Source: Azolla caroliniana
Lineage: Eukaryota > Plantae > Polypodiophyta
Direction of reading: 5' to 3'
Assembly (NCBI GenBank): GCA_043228905.1
Contig: JBHGNT010000001.1
Span: 9,610,001-9,674,000 of the forward strand
Length of the DNA stretch: 64,000 nt
Below are positions 1-10,875 of the stretch, piece after piece. Both the position numbers and the translations under genes were made by a program. The notes below the pieces were generated by a model. That model saw nothing but the letters and a program-made list of their open reading frames with translations. It ran no database searches and was not told the DNA's origin. How positions within the stretch are numbered: the stretch's first letter is position 1; the number at the start of each line of letters is the position of its first letter.

Positions 1-14
1 GAAGAAGGACACCC

Positions 15-3000
15 ATGAAAGAAAGCAAGAAGACACCCACAAGAGAAAGGGTGATGAATTCATCAACACAGAGAAAGAAGATGTACCACTCCATCAGTCA
101 AGACACACCTCTTGGATGGAATTATTTCCTTCGAGCACGACCTGACGTTTATCCAGAGCTGAGAGAGTGGTTGTTAAAAACCAGGGGGTCAGCACATCCC
201 GACACAAGGCGAGGATTCCACATAAGTGGTTTGAAGAGGGAATACATGAATTTATTGAAGACGAGATACGAACATGTTTATGATACAAATCAAATCACTA
301 ACAATGAGGTGGGTACTATTTTTGCACGTGCTTTTGCATGTGAAGTTCAAGGTGGCATTGACGTAAATTGGGAAGATTTTAATCGGCACCGGTCAGAACA
401 TTACAAAGGGTCCTCCAGTACCAACACTGGCTTGAAGTCATCTGGAACCTCTCATGTGGATATTCTAGCTATAACACCTGTCCACCAAGTTCTAGAGGCA
501 AAGGTACGGGCCACAATGACTGAAAAGCATGAACAGATGATGGCCGGTTGCATAGCTTCTATGAGCTCAAGAATACAAACACTACTTGCTGATATGGAAG
601 CAATTAAATCAGCTGAGATACAGGCAGAAAAGAAATTTTCTTCAATAAAAACTACATATGAATGGATTGCATCGACAATCCAAAATTCAGAAAGTGAGGT
701 GTTGAAAGAGGAGTTGAAGAAAGAGCTAAACAATATGGGCACTCAATTAGGTTCACAGATGAGAGACCTTGATACTTGCAGGAATGCACATGAAGAAATA
801 GATAATAAGTTGTCAGCCTTAAAGTTGCATTCTGAGAACCTTGCATGCTTGATGCAGGATTTAAAACAAAATGGTTTTGATACTTTGTGTCCATCTGTAA
901 TTGAGCACCCAAGTGGTATAGAAAGTACCATTATTAGTATAGCTATATCACGGTATTGGCTTTAAAAGTTATTTATTTCTACTTCTCTGGTATAAATAAG
1001 TGAGCAGCTAATATATTATAACTTGTGTTTGCAATCTTCCAGGTGTATATTTTGTGGCCTCAGATTCAAGCTGGAGGCTATGGATGTTGTGATTACACCA
1101 TGCTTGCACACATATCATGTGCTATGTGCTAAGTATCATTTTGAGAAAGAGAATACATGTATGGACTGTAAAACTACAATTGCGGCTGAGTGGTACTATG
1201 CTTGGGGTTTAAAAGTACACCCGTACGATATGTGGCTCTACTATTCTATTGTTTGTATTATATGATGTCAATTAACATTTGGACTAGAACTAGTGTATGC
1301 CACAACTCATACTTCAAATTTAGCGTAATCTCTAACAACTATTATGTGGAACCCTAATTATGTGGGTTAGTATTGGTAGTACTCTTAATATATAATTGGT
1401 ATGTGTAGTTGAGGATATTTTCCATAACTAGTAGTACTAAAAGGGAACCAGGTACAACATCGTCCAATCTATATTGCAACTTGCCTAGTATTAGTTTAGT
1501 AAACACTATACTTATAGTACACTGTTGACTGTTAGTATTGTTTGTGTAACTTGGGAATTAGTACTAGTAATGTAATTTGGGAACAAGGTGTATAGTAAAT
1601 TGCTGAATAATAGTACAATTATTGTAATTTGGAAATGAGGTGTGTCAAACACACATCACGTTTAGTACTAATACTGTTCAAGATTAATACTGTTGGTGTA
1701 ATTAGTACAAGTTATGTAACTAGGTGTGTAGAAGACATATCATGTTTAGTATTACTTGTGTGCAAAATACCAATCTACATTTGTTGGATTAGTACTTAGT
1801 AAGTACTACATGGTTCATGATTAGTACTAGTTCTGTACTTTGTGAACTAAGTTACTAGTACATTGCTCATGATTAATACTAGTTTTGTAATTTGGGAACT
1901 GAGTAGTACTTTGTTCCTTATTAGTACTAGTTTTGTACCTTATTAGTACTAGATCAGTAATCTAGAAAATAAGTGAGGAGTACATTTTGTAGGATTAGTA
2001 CTAATTGTGTAATTTGACTAAGTCAGTGGTACATTGTTGAGTAGTACATTGTTCAGGATTAGTACTAATTGTGTAATTTGACTAAGTCAGTGGTACATTG
2101 TTCGGGATTAGTACTCCTTGTGTAATTTGCTAACTAAGTGAGTAGTATATTGTGCATGATTAGTACTACTTGTGTAAATTGGGAACTAAGTGAGCATTAC
2201 ATTGTTCGGGATTAGTACTCCTTGTGTAATTTGCTAACTAAGTGAGTAGTATATTGTGCATGATTAGTACTACTTGTCTAAATTGGGAACTAAGTGAGCA
2301 GTACATTGTTCGGGATTAGTACTCCTTGTGTAATTTGGTAACTAAGTGAGTAGTATATTGTGCATGATTAGTACTACTTGTGTATATTGTGCATGATTAG
2401 TACTAATCGTGTAAATTGGGAACTAAGTGAGCAGTACAGTGTTCCTTATTAGTACTAGTTCAGTAATTTAGGAACTATGTGAGTAGTACATTGTTCATGA
2501 TTGGTACATTGTGTAAAATGGGAAGCAGCTATTGTGACCTACATTATATATTTTAGATGATGGTACTAACATTCAAGGTTTTTTTGTTTCTTGCAATGAA
2601 TGTTGTAGTGTCAAGCAACTCCACGCCAGGGAAGGTAATGGAACAACCAGCCCCTGTGCCTAAACCCTCAATATCTGCTGCACATTCCAAGGTTCAGGGA
2701 CCATCATTACCAATAGCCTATGATTTTTATGATGAGGATGAATGTATGAGAAGGGCCATTGGAGCAGTGGAACATATGCTTCTACAAACAAATTCCCCAA
2801 GCTCCGGTCAACATCAAGAAATAGAGCCCACTAAGAAGAGAAATGCAGTTTCTTTACAAATAGAGCCCAGTAAGAAGAGAAATGCTGCAAGAATGTTGTA
2901 TGGAAACGGCAAGAAAGGCAAAGTTGAATGCAATGGTGAGTCATATAAGTTCTCACCTGTCTGGAGCATTGTCAACCTAATCCATTGTCTAATACCATGT

Positions 3001-4389
3001 ACTTGTGTTACTAGCTGATGATGAAATGATATTTGGTGACGGAGATACGAGTCCAAAACCTGATCATGAAGACGAATTTATCACACTCCCAGGTACACGT
3101 CAAAAGCCAGACTTTGAAAACAATGATTTAGCTCATAACAACCCTATTTTTGTTGTTATTATAGATCATAACAACACTGTTGAGCACCTAGATGTTGTGG
3201 AGAAGATGACCGAGCCCACCACTTGCAATGGGGTATCTACGGCTGTACAGTATGACGATGTAACATTAGGTAAAAATGTGGCCCTAAACCCTATGTTCAT
3301 TGTTTGCAAACTTTTGAGTATGTGAGTTCATACCAATATTCTTTGGAATCCCATTAATTAGGTTTACAAGAGCAGTCTGATTCCCAACTGCAATCAAATG
3401 AATCGGGAACTTCATGGAGCACAAGTGCAGAATTAGATTCCCATCAGAGTCAGAATCAAATTAACCTTTGCAAGGAGGCAGACTCTGGAAGCACATCTTC
3501 CACACATGAGGATTGTGAGAAAAACGAAGCATTCATATGTGAAGAGCAGTTGGCGTGTACAAACAACACTATGTCTAAAGAAGCCTATGAGTGTGGAAAG
3601 AATATGGCAAGTACTGAAGAGAAGATTGAAGCCCATGAAGAGTGTGGAAAGAATATGGCAAGTACTGAAGAGAAGACTGATTGTACTGATAATGTGGCAA
3701 GTGCTGAAGAGAAGACTGATTGTACTGATAATGTGCTAGTACTATCTAAAGATTCCCATGAGGATCATGGAAAGAACATTGCTAGTAATGAAGAGGAGCT
3801 TGATTGTACTGAGAATGTGCTAGTAGTGTCTTGTGAAGCCCATGAGGATCGTGGAAAGAACATCGCTTTCCCTGAAGATAAGCCTGATTGTACAGAATCC
3901 CATGAGGAGTGTAGAGCGAACAACGTTACTAATGAAGGTGGGCCTGATTGTACTCAGAGCGAACAACGTTGTCTTAAGAATGAGGTGACATCCACCATAC
4001 AAGAGGAGTTGACCATGACTACTGCCACGGTCCACATACAAGAGTCTAATAAGAACGAGTGTATAGGCATCGGTGATGATGATAGGGCAATAAAGATCGC
4101 TAGGAGTACAAGCATTCAGGAGATGAGTGATAATTTATCTATCGACGACACCTTTGTGGATTTGTGTACAAGCATTGCAGTTGCAGAAAACATAGTTGCT
4201 CTCTCAAGCTTACCACCAGTACAAGGTGCCCGCGCATCCACGCTTGTCTCTGATGCCTCTGATGATGAAGTGCCACTTAGTCAGCTCATACCTAAAGGCT
4301 TTAAGATAAAGAAGAATGTAAAATCAGAAAAATCTGGCACCAACAACAAGCGCATTACAAGATCGGCCAAGTTACCCTCTAGTGCCTGA
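15..4389 (+). CDS. Transposon-borne multi-exon protein (~920 aa or more): N-terminal domain, coiled-coil-like region, RING-H2 finger, long acidic low-complexity tail
   Basis: Phase-consistent GT-AG exons: 15-952, 1043-1214, 1409-1451 (tentative), 2609-2935, 3015-3269 and 3362-4389, totalling 2763 nt with no stops. The RING-H2 reads CIFC-x14-CLHTYHVLC-x10-CMDC. The N-terminus may start upstream of the window. Confidence 0.7.
1460..2510. repeat. TAGTAC-rich minisatellite in the RING-gene intron (~52-bp monomers, 104-bp dimers)
   Basis: TTCGGGATTAGTACTCC recurs at 2101, 2205 and 2309. GATTAGTACT recurs about every 52 bp, with degenerate copies upstream. Confidence 0.9.
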
Positions 4390-4689
4390 TTGTCTTTCAA
4401 TTGTACTTGAACTTTAGTTGTTAGTGATGTCTGAAATTGAACTATTTGGATACCAAAATACTGTTTCAATTGCCAATGTAAAAAATCCAGTTCATGAATC
4501 TGAAATAGTTATACCAGTGTGAAATCAAGTTCATGTTTAAGGATTGCTTCTATATTTTGCTCATCAACATATATCAAAAACAATGGGAATATACTTTTTG
4601 ATCTAAGTATTCTTATTTTACAACGTTTTGTTTCTTTTTTGAGATCATCTCCTAATCCTCGCAAAGTCTTTTCGTCTATTGTAGATAAA

Positions 4690-5351
4690 ATGCTTGAAAG
4701 TCTTCTTAGCTTGCTAGGAAAATTTAGGTTTTTAGGTGTTGATGATGAGAAACAGAAAATATCGGGTGTTATTGAAGATATACTGAAGTATAGACTGTTT
4801 CATCAATCCCATTTGGAGGGTAACCAGAATGTGTGCAAATTGTTGAAGCAATGTGGGCCATATTTTGATGATATCATCCCAAAGGATGAATCATCCACTA
4901 ACAGTAGTAAGGAAACACTTACCTTTTTGAGCTATCACAAATTATTGTTTCAGAAGTTGGATTATTTTGTTAAGGAAAGGAAGGTCTGTACTTTAAAATC
5001 CATAGCCTGGATATTCAGGACTTATATACAAGAAGTAAAAACTCAGATGGCTTCACAGGACATATCATGAAACAAAAAAGGATTCTGAGAGAATAATTTT
5101 CATTGTTGTCTTCACAGAATTCATCGCCCCCTTTGAAGAATGAACTTACAGTAGAAAATCTTACAATATTAAAGTCTTTAATGAAATCAACTAACAATCT
5201 TCTCTTGGTAGCAAAAGAAGAGCAGATTTATGTGCCAACAGAGGACACACCAACTCTGCAAAACTCCTATGCTCAAATAACATCAGGAAACATGAGCAAT
5301 ATCGGCAATGAAGAAATCCAAGTCCTGTTGACAACAGCTAATATATTATGA
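4690..5351 (+). other. Orphan ORF pair (4690-5070, 5103-5351) between the RING gene and the transposase; possible third transposon gene, disrupted
   Basis: Two adjacent ORFs with protein-like composition inside the element. I recognise no domain. Confidence 0.3.
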
Positions 5352-5496
5352 AAGATAAGTACAAGTGGTTGAGAGGCATAAACCCTTTGGAAGAAAGACG
5401 AAATATATCAATTCATTTGTCAATCATCAAAATTAATAGTGAACTCCAAGTGGATGTTTTTCAGTTTTCTGGTACAATGTATTGATAGGGTGACTT

Positions 5497-8400
5497 TCAA
5501 GCATTAAATAGAGAGACCTCCCCTAATATGTGCTCATGAACCTCTTGGGGGACCTTGTAGACAGTGTTGTATCCCTTAACCTTGTGCTTTGCTTGAGTCA
5601 TATTGAATTTGATCGCAAGAATGGCATCAGCGTAGATTATTGCGATGGGTGCTTCTTTTAGTAATGCATATGTGTTCTTGCACTGCGGCAACTTTGCATA
5701 ATAGTTTCCATACACGACAGACTCACCAACGTTGAAATTGTTGCCCCAACCATCCCTCACCACTTCTTTCAATATGGTCTTTCCTTGCTTGCACACCACA
5801 ATGTAGTAGTCTTCTAAATCTTCATTCTGAGAATATTTGAGCACTGCAAAATGATCTCCAACTTCCAATAAAACTGCCAAGTCTTGATTTTGGTTGTAGT
5901 ATACAATATCGTTTGAATGCACATCCTCTTCAATATCATCTTGTCGTTCAGGCTCAAGCTTCTGCAGCTTCCAGGGCTCCACGATTGATAGGTTGATGCA
6001 TTTATCCCAAGCTTCATCTAGACACATGGAACAAAAGCATGATAAACTATGGAGTAACAATTGGGTTGTGTCCTTGCGGCTAAACCCTAACACACAATGG
6101 GTGTTGCGTGTGCCTTTCACGGTTTTACAACCATATGATTTAGTTCTATCGACCTCATCAGCGCGAACTTCAACAAACAATCTGTTCTTACCATCATTTG
6201 ACATCTTCCATGTTAGCCACTGCACAACATCATGTGCATTTTGTAACTTAGCACCGTTATTATCCAACTGCTCACTTGTAAGGGCACGTTTGATCACAAC
6301 CCCCGCGCCATCATGCTCTCCTTTTCCATGTCCAGACCCGAAGTAATTCCATTGCATACAAATATTGAATAAGGAGAAATACCTGCTTTGGTATCTCAGG
6401 TTTCCAACAAAATTAGTACTATGTTGTCAATTGAGAGTACTACACTTCCATTAATACTGATTTAGTACAAATACAAAACAAAGCATAGCACAACGTATCC
6501 ATTGAGAACACTCTACACTTATTAAAAGATAAATAGTACTATGTTGTCGACCAACAGTACCTGGCATCCATTTAATACTAACTTAGTATGGATATAGCAC
6601 AAAGTATAGTACAATGAGTTCATGGAAAGCACTCTACATGTATTAACAGATAAATAGTACAAAATGTTCAATATCGGATAGTACAATACAATGTGTCCAC
6701 GGAGAACACAACCCTCCTTAGAAGATCATTAGTACTACAAGACATGTACTTTACATCCCCCAATAAACACTGATTTAGTATAGATACGCAGAACATTGAT
6801 TAATAGATAATCAGTACCACACAGTGTGTTTAAAAGATGAGTACAAGATTAGTACAATACTATGAGTACAACATGAGTAAATACTGATTTAGTACAATTC
6901 TCTTAAGGACGGACAATACTATGAGTACAAGATGAGTACTTTACATCCTTTTGTAAACACAACATAGTACAAAACCAACACACAACATAGTACAATGTGT
7001 CTATAGATAACCCTTCACATGGATTAATCGATACTTAGTACAATTCTCTTAAGGACGGACAATACTATGAGTACAAGATGAGTACTTTACATCCTTTTGT
7101 AAACACAACATAGTACAGAACCAACACACAACATAGTACAATGTGTCTATGGAGAACCCTTCACATGGATTAATCGATACTTAGTACAATTCTCTTAAGG
7201 ACGGACAATACTATGAGTACAAGATGAGTACTTTACATCCTCCTGTAAACACAACATAGTACAGATACAACACACAACATAGTACAATGTGTCTATGGAG
7301 AACCCTTCACATGGATTAAAACATAATTAGTACAATTCTCTTAAGGACGGACAATACTATAAGTACAAGATGAGTACTTTACATCCTTTTGTAAACACAA
7401 CATAGTACAAAACCAACACACAACATAGTACAATGTGTCTATGGAGAACCCTTCACATGGATTAATCGATACTTAGTACAATTCTCTTAAGGACAGACAA
7501 TACTATGAATACAAGATGAGTACTTTACATCCTTTTGTAAACACAACATAGTACAGAACCAACACACAACATAGTACAATGTATATATGGAGAACCCTTC
7601 ACATGGATTAAAACATAATTAGTACAATTCTCTTAAGGACGGACAATACTCTAAGTACAAGATGAGTACTTTACATCCTTCTATACACACAACATAGTAC
7701 AATGTGTCTATGGAGAACACTTCACATGGATAAAAAGATCATTAGTACAATTCTCTTAAGGACGGACAATACTATGAGTACAAGATGAGTACTTTACATC
7801 CTTCTGTAAACACAACATAGTACAATGTGTCTATGGAGAACACTTCACATGGATTAAAAGTTACTTAGTACAACATAATACAAACAAAATTAGTATGCAT
7901 GCATCCATTCACAAGTGCAAGATTCGAATAGTTACAAACATAATTAGTATGCATCCATGTGACTAGTACTGTTTGTTAATAGTTACAAACATAATTAGTA
8001 TGCATCCACTAACACAAGAATTACTTCCTTACACATTGCATGATAAGTACTAAACATATGGATTAAAAATTACCTGGCGATAAAGTAGAACGATCGTGCC
8101 GCCTTAAACTGCGAGGCAGCACCATCAGACCAAACCCAATGACGGTTAAAGGTTAACCCTAGAGAAAATAAATCTACATGGTGAAGCTTAAAACAATGTT
8201 GAACAAATAGTGTATCATGCTTTTTATCATCTGAAATGTAAAATATTGATTTCTTATGTAACTCACCGTCTTGCCTCCAATAGCAAATATGTACAAGTAT
8301 TGTACATTGATCATTGTACCAATGCATTGATTGAACCTCATTTTGAACTTGAAATGTATAGTTTTCTGCAAAATCAATAACAGATACAATGACACCCGTT

Positions 8401-9713
8401 GGTAAGTTATTAATACATTCCTTGAACTGTGAATTTTGCCAATAACTCCAGAAGTTATGTGGAATAAACTCCCGAAGTTGTTTCTTAAATTCTGAGACAA
8501 GGGTAGCAGCACATGTCTCCTTATATACTTCCTTGATACGCTTAGTTACAACTCCCTTGCCAATATTTTCAGTCACATACTCCAAATATTTCCATTTCAC
8601 GATATGACTATTTCCCATATCAAGCTCCTGCCTACAAAATAATGGTAGCGGACAAACCTTACATGTTCTTAATAGACATGTACGACGATGCCACTCACAT
8701 GATGGTTCTTTTTCACAAACACAAGACCTCCATAGCTCAGAAACGGATGCATAAGTCATGTTCCGTGCATTACACCTATTATCATCCCCATTTGGTCTAC
8801 AAATCTCACAAGTGCAAACACATAATTCCCCATGTATACCCTTAGAATCAGTACGCATTGCATTCACTGCTAGCCTTAACATGTCCATCTTCACATGGTA
8901 CACACAACAACATGTATTCCTCTCATTTAATTTTCTATGGTTTCAAACCTTGGAACTTGCGGAATCCGACAGTCAAGCTTGGATGTTGGTCTTTAAAGTT
9001 CATGTACAATTCAGCTTACATCAACCAATATATATAGCAAACATTAATATACACTTGGTCAAAACACAAAGTTATGGAATGTGAATTGATATAAAAAAAT
9101 GGAATACCTCTGTCATCTCCAAGAAGTGTCTAGGGTGAATCTGGTACTTACCCTGACTTATTCGTTGTCTACACACGTCCTTCTTATTTGGTGAGACACG
9201 CGTATTTTTGGCCCAAAATGAATCCACTTTCTCAATAATCTCTTGAGATAAGGCATCACATCGTCGTCTACGTCCCGATCCCAGCCACTTGAATTTGCTT
9301 GAGTGTATATTTCGGCGATGTTTCCTCAAGTTCCTTCTTTGAATACCTAGGGCTAAGGCAACTTTAGTATCACTATATTTTTCTTCTCTCGCACCGTTCA
9401 CAACCATGTGTAGGGCTACCCTCTTTGCAGCAAGTTTGTCTAAGCTCTCTACACCTTTCACTAAGTCTAGGGATGACTTCATAGACTCCACAATCTCTTC
9501 TGAAACACATTGGTCCCTAAATTTTATTCTCTCCATGTCTTCATTCAAACTTTGATGGTGTAACACTCTACAGATAATATCCCTACGATCCTCTTCACTA
9601 AATCTCTTCGTTATTTCTACCAAATAACGGACTATGTGAAGAACCACTCATCTCTTAGTCCTTTCAGATATGCATGAGTTACTTGACAACTCACTCTCGT
9701 TAGGAACCCCCAT
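5497..9713 (-). pseudogene. Sola2-like DDD transposase, three exons, disrupted
   Basis: Exons ~9713-9108, ~9015-8074 and 6382-5497; the GT-AG intron 8073-6383 is phase-consistent (FIAR|YFSLF). Putative catalytic Asp residues lie in DFAENY, WSDG and EHDG. There is an in-frame TGA at ~9650 and a stop/frameshift near 8935. Confidence 0.75.
6410..8050. repeat. TAGTAC-rich satellite in the transposase intron: five 146-bp units, two 123-bp units, degenerate flanks
   Basis: TTAGTACAATTCTCTTAAGGAC starts at 6889, 7035, 7181, 7327, 7473, 7619 and 7742. Confidence 0.95.
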
Positions 9714-9768
9714 TCGGTCACTAGATTTATCCACAAAAATTAAGTGTCTTGCGAAAGTAGTTAATGTT

Positions 9769-10350
9769 ATATAGACTCAACCAAGAAAACACAATCAAAT
9801 GTTTTTAAATGTGGCCTGCAAAGTGAGAAATATTTTGTTTCAAATATTAGAATTACATATCAAATATGACAAATGTCAATTCTAAAAATTTAGTACTGAA
9901 ATATGAAGAAATGAAACATTTTAGTACTGAAAATAAAAAAATGGATGGAAGGAACCTCCAATGGTGGAGGGAGCGTGGATATATAGACTCAACCAAGAAA
10001 ACACAATCAAATGTTTTTAAATGTGGCCTGCAAAGTGAGAAATATTTTGTTTCAAACATTAGAATTACATATCAAATATGGCAAATGTCAATTCTAAAAA
10101 TTTAGTACTAAAATATGAAGAAATGAAACATTTTAGTACTGAAAATAAAAAAATGGATGGAAGGAACCTCCAATGGTGGAGAGAGCGTTGGATATGCCGC
10201 CTCGATTTGGTGGAAGCAACCTCCAATGGTGGAGGGAGCGTGGATATGCAGCCTCGATTTGGTGGAAGGAACCTCCAATGGTGGAGGGAGCATTGGATAT
10301 GCCGCCTCGATTTGGTGGAAGGAACCTCCAATGCCGCCTCAATTTGGTGG
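9769..10350. repeat. Subterminal repeats: a 212-bp direct duplication and ~53-bp units containing the hairpin CCTCCA-ATGG-TGGAGG
   Basis: ATAGACTCAACCAAG occurs at 9771 and 9983. GGAAG(G/C)AACCTCCAATG occurs at ~9947, 10159, 10212, 10264 and 10317. Confidence 0.9.
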
Positions 10351-10875
10351 AAAAAGCCCCAAATCACCACGACATCAACTGCAATCGGTGGAAGTACGAA
10401 AGTCGTTGTCAAAGAAGTGACTATTGGCTGCTACCTAAACCCTCAAAACAGTCTCTGTACCTCAACCGAAACCTAACAAAAACAGAAACCCTAACAAAAT
10501 CAGAAATCCTCAACTCAAACTCTCCAACCAGACATGGATGTCTGAGATTTAGATTGAAGGAAAATCAGATACGTGACATGGATGTGTGTGATGAAAAGCT
10601 CAGAGGGATAGAGGAAGAACAGTATGAGGGGAAGCGCCAAAATCGACGTGAGGGGAAAATAGCCCCCAAAATGGAAGAACATCTCCTCACGTGTTCCCCC
10701 CACTCCTTCTAGAGTAAATGACACTTGTACTACAGTCACCCCACTCTCCAAAATCGATTTTCTTTTTCTCTAATTTTTTTTCTGAATTATTCAGTACTAA
10801 CAGTATTGAAAGTACTGACAATTTTTGTGGCCAAAAACAATACTTTTTTTGGTACACCGTAGCGTGCTTCGACCC

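Larger units (their letters stand above)
1..10875 (-). mobile_element. Sola2-like DDD DNA transposon (left end outside the window) carrying an accessory RING-H2 gene
   Basis: The minus-strand transposase has the motifs CCCVYH, DFAENY, WSDGAASQFK and YFGSGHGKGEHDGAG. The right terminus at 10875 reads GGGTCGAAGCACGCTACGGTGTACCAA on the minus strand (GRG start, as I recall for Sola2) and matches a second terminus at 23022 at 23/27 nt. The element abuts what looks like a broken Copia gag zinc knuckle at 10876. Confidence 0.7.

Noticed and set aside
6889-7864. CRISPR-like array
   Set aside because: Whole units repeat with no unique spacers, there are no cas genes, and the context is a eukaryotic intron.
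10825-10875. N-terminus of the 755-aa Copia ORF
   Set aside because: It is read-through from the DNA transposon terminus; Copia sequence starts at about 10876.
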